Positions 30,082 through 38,658 of a stretch of DNA of 64,000 nt are shown in pieces. Source of the DNA: an uncultured Acidobacteriaceae bacterium (GTDB lineage: Bacteria; Acidobacteriota; Terriglobia; Terriglobales; Acidobacteriaceae); NCBI GenBank assembly GCA_963841345.1, contig CAWJCK010000003.1, positions 3,712,342 through 3,776,341 of the forward strand, read 5' to 3'. The notes under the pieces are model-generated. The model searched no databases. It had not been told where the DNA came from and was given only the letters and a program-made list of their open reading frames with translations. Both the position numbers and the translations under genes were made by a program. How positions within the stretch are numbered: position 1 is the stretch's first letter; the number at the start of each line of letters is the position of its first letter.

Positions 30082-30594
30082 GTGCCCAAACATCTCGTCC
30101 GCTATCAAAACTCCACGGACTTCCATTTTCTGACCTTCAGTTGTTATCGACGACTCCCTTTGTTAGCCAGAGGAGAAGGCTATCAAGTCTTCGAAGAAGA
30201 GTTGGAACGAGTAAGGCAGCGTTACGAAATGATAGTCACGGGATATGTGCTCATGCCCGAGCACGTCCATCTCTTAGTGAGTGAACCACCCAAAGGGATC
30301 CTCGCCACAGCCATCCAGGCCTTGAAACATCAATCATCGCGAAGGCTAAAACGTCCAGACGATCCCCAATTTTGGCAACGCCGCTACTTCGACTTCAATG
30401 TCTGGAGGCAAGCCAAAATCTGGGAGAAGTTGAACTACATGCACCAGAATCCTGTCGCCCGAGGACTTGTCACGAAGGCCGAAGATTGGCCTTGGTCGAG
30501 CGTTCGCCACTGCACGACAGGTGAGGTGGGAACGATCGAGATCGAATCAGAATGGACGGCGCGAAAACGAGAACTCGAACATAGACATCTGTGA
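30082..30594 (+). mobile_element. REP-associated tyrosine transposase (RAYT, Y1 HUH)
   Basis: HFLTFSCY, VLMPEHVHLL (HUH), FWQRRYFD, LNYMHQNPV (catalytic Tyr), EDWPWSS; flanked by inverted REPs. Confidence 0.9.
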
Positions 30595-30596
30595 AA

Positions 30597-30634
30597 CCCA
30601 CCCTTCCGCACAAGCGCGGAATGATGGGGCACCC
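30597..30634 (-). repeat. REP palindrome right of RAYT
   Basis: CCCACCCTTCCGCACAAGCGCGGAATGATGGGGCACCC. Confidence 0.8.
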
Positions 30635-30733
30635 TCATCGCCGGGTGCTCCGCACTTCAACCCAACCTGCCTTTTTGGTTACACTGAGCGGGTTGTGCAA
30701 ATCGATGGATGATACTTCTTCAAGGGAGATTGC

Positions 30734-31162
30734 ATGAACGCAGCAAAAACACTAGCTCTTGCCGTCGTGCTCATCGTGTCCCCGATCTATGCGGCGGAGA
30801 AATATCCTCCACTTCCGGCAAGTGTGATAGCGGCAAAAACCGTGTTCATCGACAATAAAACGGGGTACACGCAGGTTACAGACAAGGCCTACGAGGCATT
30901 AAGTAAGTGGGGACGATACAAAATCGTGAAGGACGCAAAGGACGCCGATCTGGTCCTTCGCTTCACGGCAGACACTGAGGGCAGACCAACCCCTCCAGGC
31001 AACAACATCGATCAATCCCCCACCCCCATAGTTCTCTCCGTACGCGACCAAACGAATAATGAAGTCTGGAATGTATCGAAGAACCAGCCGTTTCATAGTC
31101 AAACGACCCTGGATATCGATGAATTCAAAAAGCGTGTCGAAGCACAAGCGAAAGGCAAATAA
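30734..31162 (+). CDS. Hypothetical secreted protein
   Basis: Signal peptide; AKTVFIDN...KWGRYKIV...DADLVL. Confidence 0.65.
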   Translation: MNAAKTLALAVVLIVSPIYAAEKYPPLPASVIAAKTVFIDNKTGYTQVTDKAYEALSKWGRYKIVKDAKDADLVLRFTADTEGRPTPPGNNIDQSPTPIVLSVRDQTNNEVWNVSKNQPFHSQTTLDIDEFKKRVEAQAKGK

Positions 31163-31250
31163 GCTTCGCAAAGGGCGAACTGGGTGCCCACCCTCTTCCG
31201 CCTCGGAATCGGCGCCAAAATCGTCTCGCAGACGCTTCATCATGAACGAT

Positions 31251-31284
31251 TGCCATCCTGAGCGCAGCGAAGGACCTGCGGTTT
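31251..31284 (+). repeat. Single TGTC-type palindromic repeat
   Basis: TGCCATCCTGAGCGCAGCGAAGGACCTGCGGTTT, same family as the 53.1-53.9 kb array. Confidence 0.75.
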
Positions 31285-31465
31285 GCCCAAAGCCGCGCAG
31301 CAGGCGCATCCGGCTAACAATGCTCCGGTGGCAGGGTGGCCCGGATCTGAAAGCCTGCAGCCGCGGAGCGACCGCCGCCCCGCAGTAGCTCCCGCCAAAC
31401 CACGAAAAGCGAGCGCCCAAAAATTGTCCTTTACAATAAGTCTCAACTTATATAAGTATTCTATT

Positions 31466-31804
31466 ATGCACAAAGCGCGCAGGCCCACACTCGACACCGC
31501 CTTCACCGCCCTGTCCGACCCAACGCGTCGCGCCATCCTCGCGCGCCTCGTCATCGGCGAAGCGACCGTCCTCGAACTGGGCAAGCCCTTCAAGATGTCC
31601 CAACCCGCAATCTCGCAGCACATAAAAGTGCTGGAGCGCGCTGGACTGATCGTCAGGCGAATCGACGGCACAAGACGCCCCTGCCGCCTCTCCAAACCCG
31701 GCTTCGACACCATCGATCAATGGCTCGCCATGATGCGCAAGGCCTTCGAGAAGAACTACGACCGCCTCGACCAGGTCTTAGCAGAAATGAAATCCCAGAA
31801 ATGA
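31466..31804 (+). CDS. ArsR/SmtB-family regulator
   Basis: FTALSDPTRRAILARL, MSQPAISQHIKVLERAGL; upstream ATAAGT-N4-ACTTAT inverted repeat. Confidence 0.9.
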   Translation: MHKARRPTLDTAFTALSDPTRRAILARLVIGEATVLELGKPFKMSQPAISQHIKVLERAGLIVRRIDGTRRPCRLSKPGFDTIDQWLAMMRKAFEKNYDRLDQVLAEMKSQK

Positions 31805-31829
31805 ATTCAAAGACTGGAGAAAAAACGCG

Positions 31830-32357
31830 ATGAACACCATGAATAAGCTGACCCTTACCACCGAAGGCGACAAGCTCGTCATCATCACCCGCCACTTCGA
31901 CGCCCCTCCCGAAGCCGTCTACCGCGCCCACACCGAGCCGGCCATCATCCAGAAGTGGCTCCTCGGTCCCGACGGATGGACCATGCCCGTCTGCATCAAT
32001 GAGGCACGGCCAGGCGGCAAGTTCCGCTACGAATGGACCAACAGCAAAGGCCAGGGCTTCTACATCACCGGCGAACTACTCAAACTCGAACCCTACAGCA
32101 GAATCGTCCACATAGAGCGGATGTTCTTACCAGACCCAACCCCCGACAGCCACGTCGAAACCAGCTTCGAGCCCGACGGCGAAGGCACACTGCTGACCAT
32201 GAGCATCACCCTGCCCAACAGCGCAACCCGCGCCCAAATGCTCTCGAGCGGAATGGAGCACGGCCTCGAAGCCAGCTACGTCCGCCTCGAAGGCGTCATC
32301 GAGCACGGCAGCTCGGCAATCGGGAACCAGGACGGGAGACTAATTGCCGGCGCCTAA
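31830..32357 (+). CDS. SRPBCC/AHSA1-domain protein
   Basis: TRHFDAPPEAVYRAHTEP, WLLGPDGW, GMEHG. Confidence 0.9.
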   Translation: MNTMNKLTLTTEGDKLVIITRHFDAPPEAVYRAHTEPAIIQKWLLGPDGWTMPVCINEARPGGKFRYEWTNSKGQGFYITGELLKLEPYSRIVHIERMFLPDPTPDSHVETSFEPDGEGTLLTMSITLPNSATRAQMLSSGMEHGLEASYVRLEGVIEHGSSAIGNQDGRLIAGA

Positions 32358-32379
32358 AAAGACCAGGCCGAGCTGCCAC

Positions 32380-32610
32380 CCTTTCACAGTGCAATCGATA
32401 AGCCATCGCAAACCAGGCTAAGTAGCGGACTTCACTCGCACTCAAGATCTATCGATACAAGCCAATCGGTCGTTCCTGGAAAAGCGTGTGCAAAAACGGA
32501 CGCATGGAAGGCATGCCAGCCTCACCGCGCCCAATTGTATCCCTGGCCTCGCAACCCGCTGAACCGTCTGCTACTTCACACCGTCAAAGTCCCCACATAG
32601 GACCCTCCTT
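32380..32610 (+). other. Structured non-coding block, possibly an orphan IS110-family end
   Basis: Long-range stem 32420-32430/32566-32576 and internal GCATG-N5-CATGC hairpin; IS110 resemblance is from memory only. Confidence 0.3.
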
Positions 32611-32881
32611 CGACCCACCCTAAAGAAGCATCCGAGTAGCCCTCCTCGGAGGCTGGCAGCTTTCTGGATCTGCTCCTACCCTTTCTCTGGATTTGCTATG
32701 GCCCGCGCAGCCCGCAGATCAGCGCAACCGCATTCACAGGGAGTTGAGGAAGCGCCCCAGGCTTTCGCCCAGGCTGTTATCGATGTCGATGGTTATTGAG
32801 CGCTAAATGCAAGTGGATTATCTTGGATGGCGCTAGTGGCAACAAATTTGACTTCGTGGTGAACGAATAGGAGGAACAAAC

Positions 32882-33559
32882 ATGGCAACTCTCCCGAATG
32901 AAGCGATCAACGACCCAAGTGTCGCAAGATTCGACATGAAATTCGAAATCGTCGTCATCCCCGTCTCCGATATCGACCGCGCAAAAGAGTTCTACGCGAA
33001 CCTCGGTTGGAGGCTCGACGCCGACTACGACAACGGCAGCGACTTCCGCGTGATCCAGTTCACGCCGCCGGGATCCGGGTGTTCGATCATCTTTGGCAGA
33101 AATGTCACCGCAGCAGCTCCCGGTTCCGCTCAGGGCTTGTACCTGATCGTCTCCGACGTCGCGGCCGCCCGCAACGAACTGCTCCGTCGCGGCGTCGAGA
33201 TCGGCGAAGTCTTTCACGGCGAGGGTGTGTACTCCGGCCCCGACGAGCCCTACCTCTTCGGCCGCGTCCGGGTCAACGGCCCCGATCCCGAGCATCGCAG
33301 CTATCGTTCGTTCGCCTCGTTCCATGATCCCGACGGCAACGGCTGGATCTTCCAGGAGATCACCACCCGACTGCCCGGGCGCATCGACTCAGCCGCGACT
33401 TTCTCTTCAACAACGGACCTCGCGACCGCGCTGCGACGCGCTGCGGCGGCCCACGGCGAACACGAGAAGCGCAACGGTGGCCAGTTCGACCAAAACTGGC
33501 CCGACTGGTACGCCGCCTACATGGTGGCCGAGCAGGCTGGAACGGAACTGCCGCAATGA
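32882..33559 (+). CDS. VOC/glyoxalase-family protein
   Basis: VIPVSDIDRAKEFY, FTPPGSGCSI, SFHDPDGNGWIFQE. Confidence 0.88.
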   Translation: MATLPNEAINDPSVARFDMKFEIVVIPVSDIDRAKEFYANLGWRLDADYDNGSDFRVIQFTPPGSGCSIIFGRNVTAAAPGSAQGLYLIVSDVAAARNELLRRGVEIGEVFHGEGVYSGPDEPYLFGRVRVNGPDPEHRSYRSFASFHDPDGNGWIFQEITTRLPGRIDSAATFSSTTDLATALRRAAAAHGEHEKRNGGQFDQNWPDWYAAYMVAEQAGTELPQ

Positions 33560-34152
33560 ATGGCCACGACGTGATCCGTAACGGGGGCGGCGCCGCCGCC
33601 CCACCGTCAACGAAAGCATGGTCAATCACGATCAGGCGGATCGCTTTCTTGTTGGTTGCGCTGGCAACGTCGGGAGGGGTTGTTGCCTTCACCGCTCCGG
33701 CATCCGGACACGCCGATGAAGTGGCCGCCCCCATCTACGGAATCAAACTTCCGCCCGGATACCGCGACTGGAAGCTGATCTCCGTAGCCCACGAGGCCGG
33801 CAACCTCAACGATTTTCGCGCCGTCCTGGGCAACGATGTCGCGATCAAGAGCTATCGGCAAGCAAGCCTACCCTTCCCCGACGGCACAATCATCGTCAGG
33901 CTCGCCTGGAGCTACACCCCGTCTGAAGAGAACAACAAAGTCTTCGGCCGTGAGCAATCCTTCGTTGCCGGGGACCCCATCAATGTTCAGTTGATGGTCA
34001 AGGATTCCAACAAATACGCCGCAACCGGAGGCTGGGGATTCGCTCAATTCAAAGACGGCAAACCTGATCAGGCAGCGGCTCTTAAAACGTGCCTCCCCTG
34101 CCACGAGCCTGCCAAAGCTCACGACTTTGTCTTCACCCATTACGCACCCTGA
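33556..34152 (+). CDS. Cytochrome P460/c'-beta family c-type cytochrome
   Basis: LPPGYRDW, FPDGTIIV, GWGFAQF, CLPCH heme motif, DFVFT. Confidence 0.85.
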   Translation: MNGHDVIRNGGGAAAPPSTKAWSITIRRIAFLLVALATSGGVVAFTAPASGHADEVAAPIYGIKLPPGYRDWKLISVAHEAGNLNDFRAVLGNDVAIKSYRQASLPFPDGTIIVRLAWSYTPSEENNKVFGREQSFVAGDPINVQLMVKDSNKYAATGGWGFAQFKDGKPDQAAALKTCLPCHEPAKAHDFVFTHYAP

Positions 34153-34220
34153 GGGCCGCGCCCCCTCAGCGCTTCGGTTCCAGGCGCAACGCGAAGTATC
34201 CGGCAAGATCGGAGGGTTGT

Positions 34221-35189
34221 ATGCACACGACAAAATTGACCCCATGGACCGGCGTGGGCATCACAGCATTAACGATCCTGCTCGTCGCAACTTTGGGCAT
34301 GAACGCCCCGAAGAAGGACAAAGCAATGGAACATCCAGTGACTTACGGCACAGTACAAGTCGACGGACTCTCCATCTTCTATAGAGAGGCGGGCCCCAAA
34401 GACGCTCCCACCATTCTTTTGCTGCATGGTCTTCCGTCATCGTCGCGGATGTTTGAGCCGCTGCTGACGCGGCTCGCCGATAACTACCACCTGGTCGCTC
34501 CCGACTATCCAGGCTTCGGACACAGCGACTGGCCCGAACCAAAACAGTTCGACTACACCTTCGACAACCTCGCTACCGTCATGAACGACTTCACCGAAAC
34601 GGTGGGATTGTCGCACTACACCCTCTACATGCAGGACTACGGTGGGCCTGTCGGATTTCGCATGGTCCTCGCATATCCAGAGCGAGTACAAGCGCTCATC
34701 GTCCAGGATGCCGTTGCGCACAACGAAGGCCTCGGTGCAAACTGGGCGACCCGGCGAGCATTCTGGGCCGATCGGCCAGCGTATGAAGAAGCATTGCGCA
34801 AGAACCTGTTGTCGCTCGCGACGACCAAGACCCGCCATGTAGGCGACGATCCGAATGTCGAACTCTACGATCCCGATCTCTGGACCGACGAGTACGCATT
34901 TCTCAACTCGCCGGGACAGGCCCAGATCCAAAGTGATCTCTTCTACGACTACCGCACCAACGTCGAAGCCTATCCAAAATGGCAGGCATGGATGCAAAGG
35001 GCGCAACCAAAATTATTAGTCCTGTGGGGCAAGCACGATCTCTCCTTCGATCTCGGCGAGCCGGAGCGCTACCGCAAAGACTTACCAAACGCGGATATCC
35101 ACATGCTCGACGCAGGGCACTTCGCGCTCGATACCAAAGCAGATGAAATTACGGCGTTGGTCCGTGAATTCATGAAGACACAGAAGTAG
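34221..35189 (+). CDS. Alpha/beta hydrolase (epoxide hydrolase-like)
   Basis: LLLHGLPSSS, PDYPGFGHS, MQDYGGP, AGHFAL. Confidence 0.88.
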   Translation: MHTTKLTPWTGVGITALTILLVATLGMNAPKKDKAMEHPVTYGTVQVDGLSIFYREAGPKDAPTILLLHGLPSSSRMFEPLLTRLADNYHLVAPDYPGFGHSDWPEPKQFDYTFDNLATVMNDFTETVGLSHYTLYMQDYGGPVGFRMVLAYPERVQALIVQDAVAHNEGLGANWATRRAFWADRPAYEEALRKNLLSLATTKTRHVGDDPNVELYDPDLWTDEYAFLNSPGQAQIQSDLFYDYRTNVEAYPKWQAWMQRAQPKLLVLWGKHDLSFDLGEPERYRKDLPNADIHMLDAGHFALDTKADEITALVREFMKTQK

Positions 35190-35260
35190 ACAGCAAGTGA
35201 AAGCCGTCTCATAGTAAGTACCGTTCACTACGGTGGAAAGTTTTGTAGAGGGACATCAGC

Positions 35261-35527
35261 ATGAAGTGCGCGAATCCGATTTGCGGTTTTGAAGCTTTGT
35301 ATTTCCGGAGCGGGAGTTTGCACTGCATCGACTCGGTAGAAGCGATTCGAGGCAACAGCGCGCCGGCCCAGCGGAAGCTCATCAGGCTCTGCGGGGAATG
35401 TACAACAGTGTGGTCGGTCCAAACCTGGAGGCCGGCTGGCCAGCAATTGAGGCTCCGTGACCTGCCTATGCAACAATTAACTGCTCGGCAGGAGGACAAC
35501 TCATGGCAAGCAGTCGAAAGACCGTAA
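35261..35527 (+). CDS. Small putative zinc-binding protein
   Basis: CANPIC...CGEC; GGGACA RBS-like sequence upstream. Confidence 0.5.
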   Translation: MKCANPICGFEALYFRSGSLHCIDSVEAIRGNSAPAQRKLIRLCGECTTVWSVQTWRPAGQQLRLRDLPMQQLTARQEDNSWQAVERP

Positions 35528-36230
35528 TCGTGACTGGCGCCTCTCAGGGAATTGGCGCCGCCGTGGTCAAAGCATTTCTGCAACGCGACTATTACGTAGT
35601 GGGCACCGCTCGCGACGCGACTAAGTCTACCGAGCTGAAGGCTTCCGACAAGCTGGTCTTAGTGGACGGAGATATCGGCCACGCTACGACCGCGCGGAAG
35701 GTGGCCGACGCCGCTGTGCAGAGCTTTGGCTCAATCGATGCCCTCGTCAACAACGCCGGCATTTTCATAGCCAAGCCATTCATCGATTACACCGCTGACG
35801 ATCTCCGCGTCTTGGTCTCTGTCAATATCGAGGGTTACATCCACATCACGCAGATCGCGGTAAAGCAGATGCTCGCTCAGAAATCCGGCGGCAGCGTCGT
35901 GGCCATCACCGCGGCCCTGGTTCAAAATCCCATCTATGGCGTGCCTGCATCAGTGTCGATGATCACAAAAGGGGGACTCGACGCCATTACACTGAGCCTG
36001 GCCTCGGAATATGCGAAAGAACACATCCGCTTCAACGCGGTCGCGCCGGGGTCGTTGACACTCCCCTTCATAAAGACAGCCAGCAGGAGCTTCTCAAGAC
36101 CTTATCTCCAATGGGCACCATCTCCGCTGCCGAAGAGATCGCAAGCGCGGTGGTCTATCTCACCGAATCGCGCCAGATCACAGGGGAGGTGCCGCACGTG
36201 GACGGCGGTGCGCACAACGGCAAATGGTAG
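35503..36230 (+). pseudogene. SDR oxidoreductase, 1-nt deletion in G run near 36047
   Basis: TGASQGIG, VNNAG, SMITKGGL; adding one G gives APGVVDTP...ITGE..HVDGGAHNGKW*. Confidence 0.85.
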
Positions 36231-36712
36231 CCCCGGCGAATCCGCAGCCTGCCAGCGCGGAACAACGGCTGCGGGACCTCGGCATCGTGCTCCCCAATCC
36301 GCCTCATCCGCTCGGCGCATACGTCGAGGCAGTCCAGTCAGGCAATCTGCTCTTCCTCAGTGGAACCCTGCCAATCAAAAACGGCAAACCTCAATACATC
36401 GGACGTCTCGGCAACGCACTCGATGTCGAAGCAGGTCGCGATGCCCTGCGGACCGCAACCCTGAATGCTCTGGCCATCGCGAAGGAGCATCTGGGATCTC
36501 TTAATCGCGTCACTAAAGTCCTCCGCGTAGGCGTATATCTGGCGACATACGGAGACTTTTACAGCCACGCCGTCGTCGCCGACGCAGCCTCAGAGCTCCT
36601 CCGCGATGTATTCGGAGAGGATAAGTCTTCGGTGCGCTCCGTCTTCGGAGTAGCCAGCTTGCCTCTGGGCGTGCCGGTCCTCCTCGAAGTCACCTTCGAA
36701 GTCGGCGATTGA
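36224..36712 (+). CDS. RidA/YjgF-family protein
   Basis: LGAYV, LLFLSGTLP, VADAASELL..VFG, RSVFGVASLP. Confidence 0.88.
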   Translation: MVAPANPQPASAEQRLRDLGIVLPNPPHPLGAYVEAVQSGNLLFLSGTLPIKNGKPQYIGRLGNALDVEAGRDALRTATLNALAIAKEHLGSLNRVTKVLRVGVYLATYGDFYSHAVVADAASELLRDVFGEDKSSVRSVFGVASLPLGVPVLLEVTFEVGD

Positions 36713-36923
36713 GAACCTTTTCCCTACCTCCGCCGTATCTCAAGCTAGAGCAAAAGTACAGCTAGCGTAGTGTGAGGTGCGCCGCTCAGCTGGAAACCGC
36801 ACCCACTCCGGCGCAGAACTCTCTTCGCGAAATCGTCATCGACGATCAGTCTAAACTTCCGCACATTACGCCAACCACACTTTTGCTCTAGAATCACCCC
36901 CATGTCACGCCTCCGCATCGTGT

Positions 36924-37409
36924 ATGCCGAAGACCTTCGGGCTCGTCGCGATCCTCGCCAGCTGCGCCGCTGCATCGGCTCAAAACCCGGCCGTCCCTAA
37001 GGAGACTCCCATGCCCCACCGCGCTCGCGGAACCTTCGAAGTCAAAGTTCAGCCACTCGCTCCGAGCGACATTCCCGGAGTCGCCCGCTTCTCCATCGAC
37101 AAGACCATCCACGGCGATCTCGAGGCAACGACCAGGGGCGAGATGCTCACTGCCGGCGACCCAAAAGCCGGAACAGCCGGCTACGTCGCGATCGAGACAG
37201 TCACCGGCAAGCTCGACAACAAGTCAGGAAGCTTCGTCCTGCAACACTTCGCGACTATGGATGCAAGTGGACCCAACATGACTGTCAAAGTTGTTCCCGG
37301 CTCTGGCTCCGGCGACCTTAAGGGAATCTCCGGCACCTTCACCATCATCATCGCCGACGGCAAGCACAGCTACGATCTCGAGTACCAGCTGACCACCAAG
37401 GCACCCTGA
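36924..37409 (+). CDS. DUF3224-domain protein
   Basis: ARGTFEVK, GYVAIETV.G.L, VVPGSGSGDLKGISG. Confidence 0.85.
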   Translation: MPKTFGLVAILASCAAASAQNPAVPKETPMPHRARGTFEVKVQPLAPSDIPGVARFSIDKTIHGDLEATTRGEMLTAGDPKAGTAGYVAIETVTGKLDNKSGSFVLQHFATMDASGPNMTVKVVPGSGSGDLKGISGTFTIIIADGKHSYDLEYQLTTKAP

Positions 37410-37442
37410 TCCTCAGCTTCGTCCTCAAGCGTTCCTCCCGCT

Positions 37443-38516
37443 TCACTTCTTCGCCGGACGCGGCACCGGCGTTACCCCAGCCTGCTCCTCCGCCGTGTAC
37501 GGCTCGCCGTAATACGGAAACTCCTTCCGAATGCGGGCCGGATCAGGAGAAACTCCATCGGCGAGCGGCTTGTTCGCTGCCAGCGTCAGCATCACATCCA
37601 TCACGTCGTCGCCCAACGCCCGCCCGTTGAAGCCGCTCACGTCAAAGTTCGCGGGCGTTCCAATCTCGTAGGGCAAAGTGTTGGGGCAGAGCCGACTCGC
37701 AATCTGCTTACCGTATTCGACGGGATCCTCGGCCGAGCCTGCGTAGGCGACCATTTTCTCCGCAAAATTCGCAATCGCCTTCGAGAAACTCTCTACATCT
37801 TCGGACGGAACCGAAGCATTGAATTGTTCCTTCAGTTCTTGGTCGCTCGGGTCGTTCAGAAAAAGGTGCGTCACCAGCGGCAAGCCCCAGCGCGAAACCT
37901 GTACCTCCGGTGCGTGGCCATAAAGGGAAATTGTAGCCCACGCATTGACCTTTCCTTTCCCGATCAGCTCGCTGGGAACTTCCAGAACAATCGCCGTCAC
38001 GTTGCGCTTCGCAAAGAAGTTCTCCCGACGAATAAAAGCGTCCCCATCGTAGCTCTTGTCCTTATAAAAGGCATTCATTAATGTGCGGAGCCCACCGGCA
38101 TCTCCCGCAAATAGTTCCGGAGCAGTCCCAACATGCGCACGCATGCCCGACTGAGTTGCGACCGAACCGGTTTCACCCTCAACCAGACTCTCTCCGGCGT
38201 CACCGCGAAGGGCGTCGTCACCCGTCGCCTTCCGCACCACAAACGGCTGAATGTGAGTATGCTCACTGCCATCTCCATGTCGTGGCTCACCAAACCTGAA
38301 CTTGAACGTAACCTCTTCCCGCGCATCACCGTTCAGGTCGAACCGGAATGCATAGAGTCCCTCGAGATGAAGCGTATCCGAAGCCGATAATCCCACATCC
38401 GGATTCACCGTCATCGCCATCACCGTCTTGCCCGCGGCGCCGTCAAAAAGATAGAAGTCGCAGGGGTTGAGGCTCGGATCTTCCCTCGCCAGTTTGGTAT
38501 CGAAATGATGTGACAT
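37443..38516 (-). CDS. DUF4331-family protein
   Basis: MSHHFD, DFYLF, YAFRFDLNGD, SRWGLP, NGRALGDDVMD, FPYYG. Confidence 0.8.
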   Translation of the reverse strand: MSHHFDTKLAREDPSLNPCDFYLFDGAAGKTVMAMTVNPDVGLSASDTLHLEGLYAFRFDLNGDAREEVTFKFRFGEPRHGDGSEHTHIQPFVVRKATGDDALRGDAGESLVEGETGSVATQSGMRAHVGTAPELFAGDAGGLRTLMNAFYKDKSYDGDAFIRRENFFAKRNVTAIVLEVPSELIGKGKVNAWATISLYGHAPEVQVSRWGLPLVTHLFLNDPSDQELKEQFNASVPSEDVESFSKAIANFAEKMVAYAGSAEDPVEYGKQIASRLCPNTLPYEIGTPANFDVSGFNGRALGDDVMDVMLTLAANKPLADGVSPDPARIRKEFPYYGEPYTAEEQAGVTPVPRPAKK

Positions 38517-38658
38517 AGAGAGTCCCTTGAAAAGCATTGGGAGTTATACGGCTCGAGTTAAGATGACGGACCCGGATCCAAGATTACCGAGGTTTCCCCT
38601 CAGGCGACACTTTTCACGAAAGATTCTTTCACGCCTGAACGCGGTCTCGAAGCGATCT

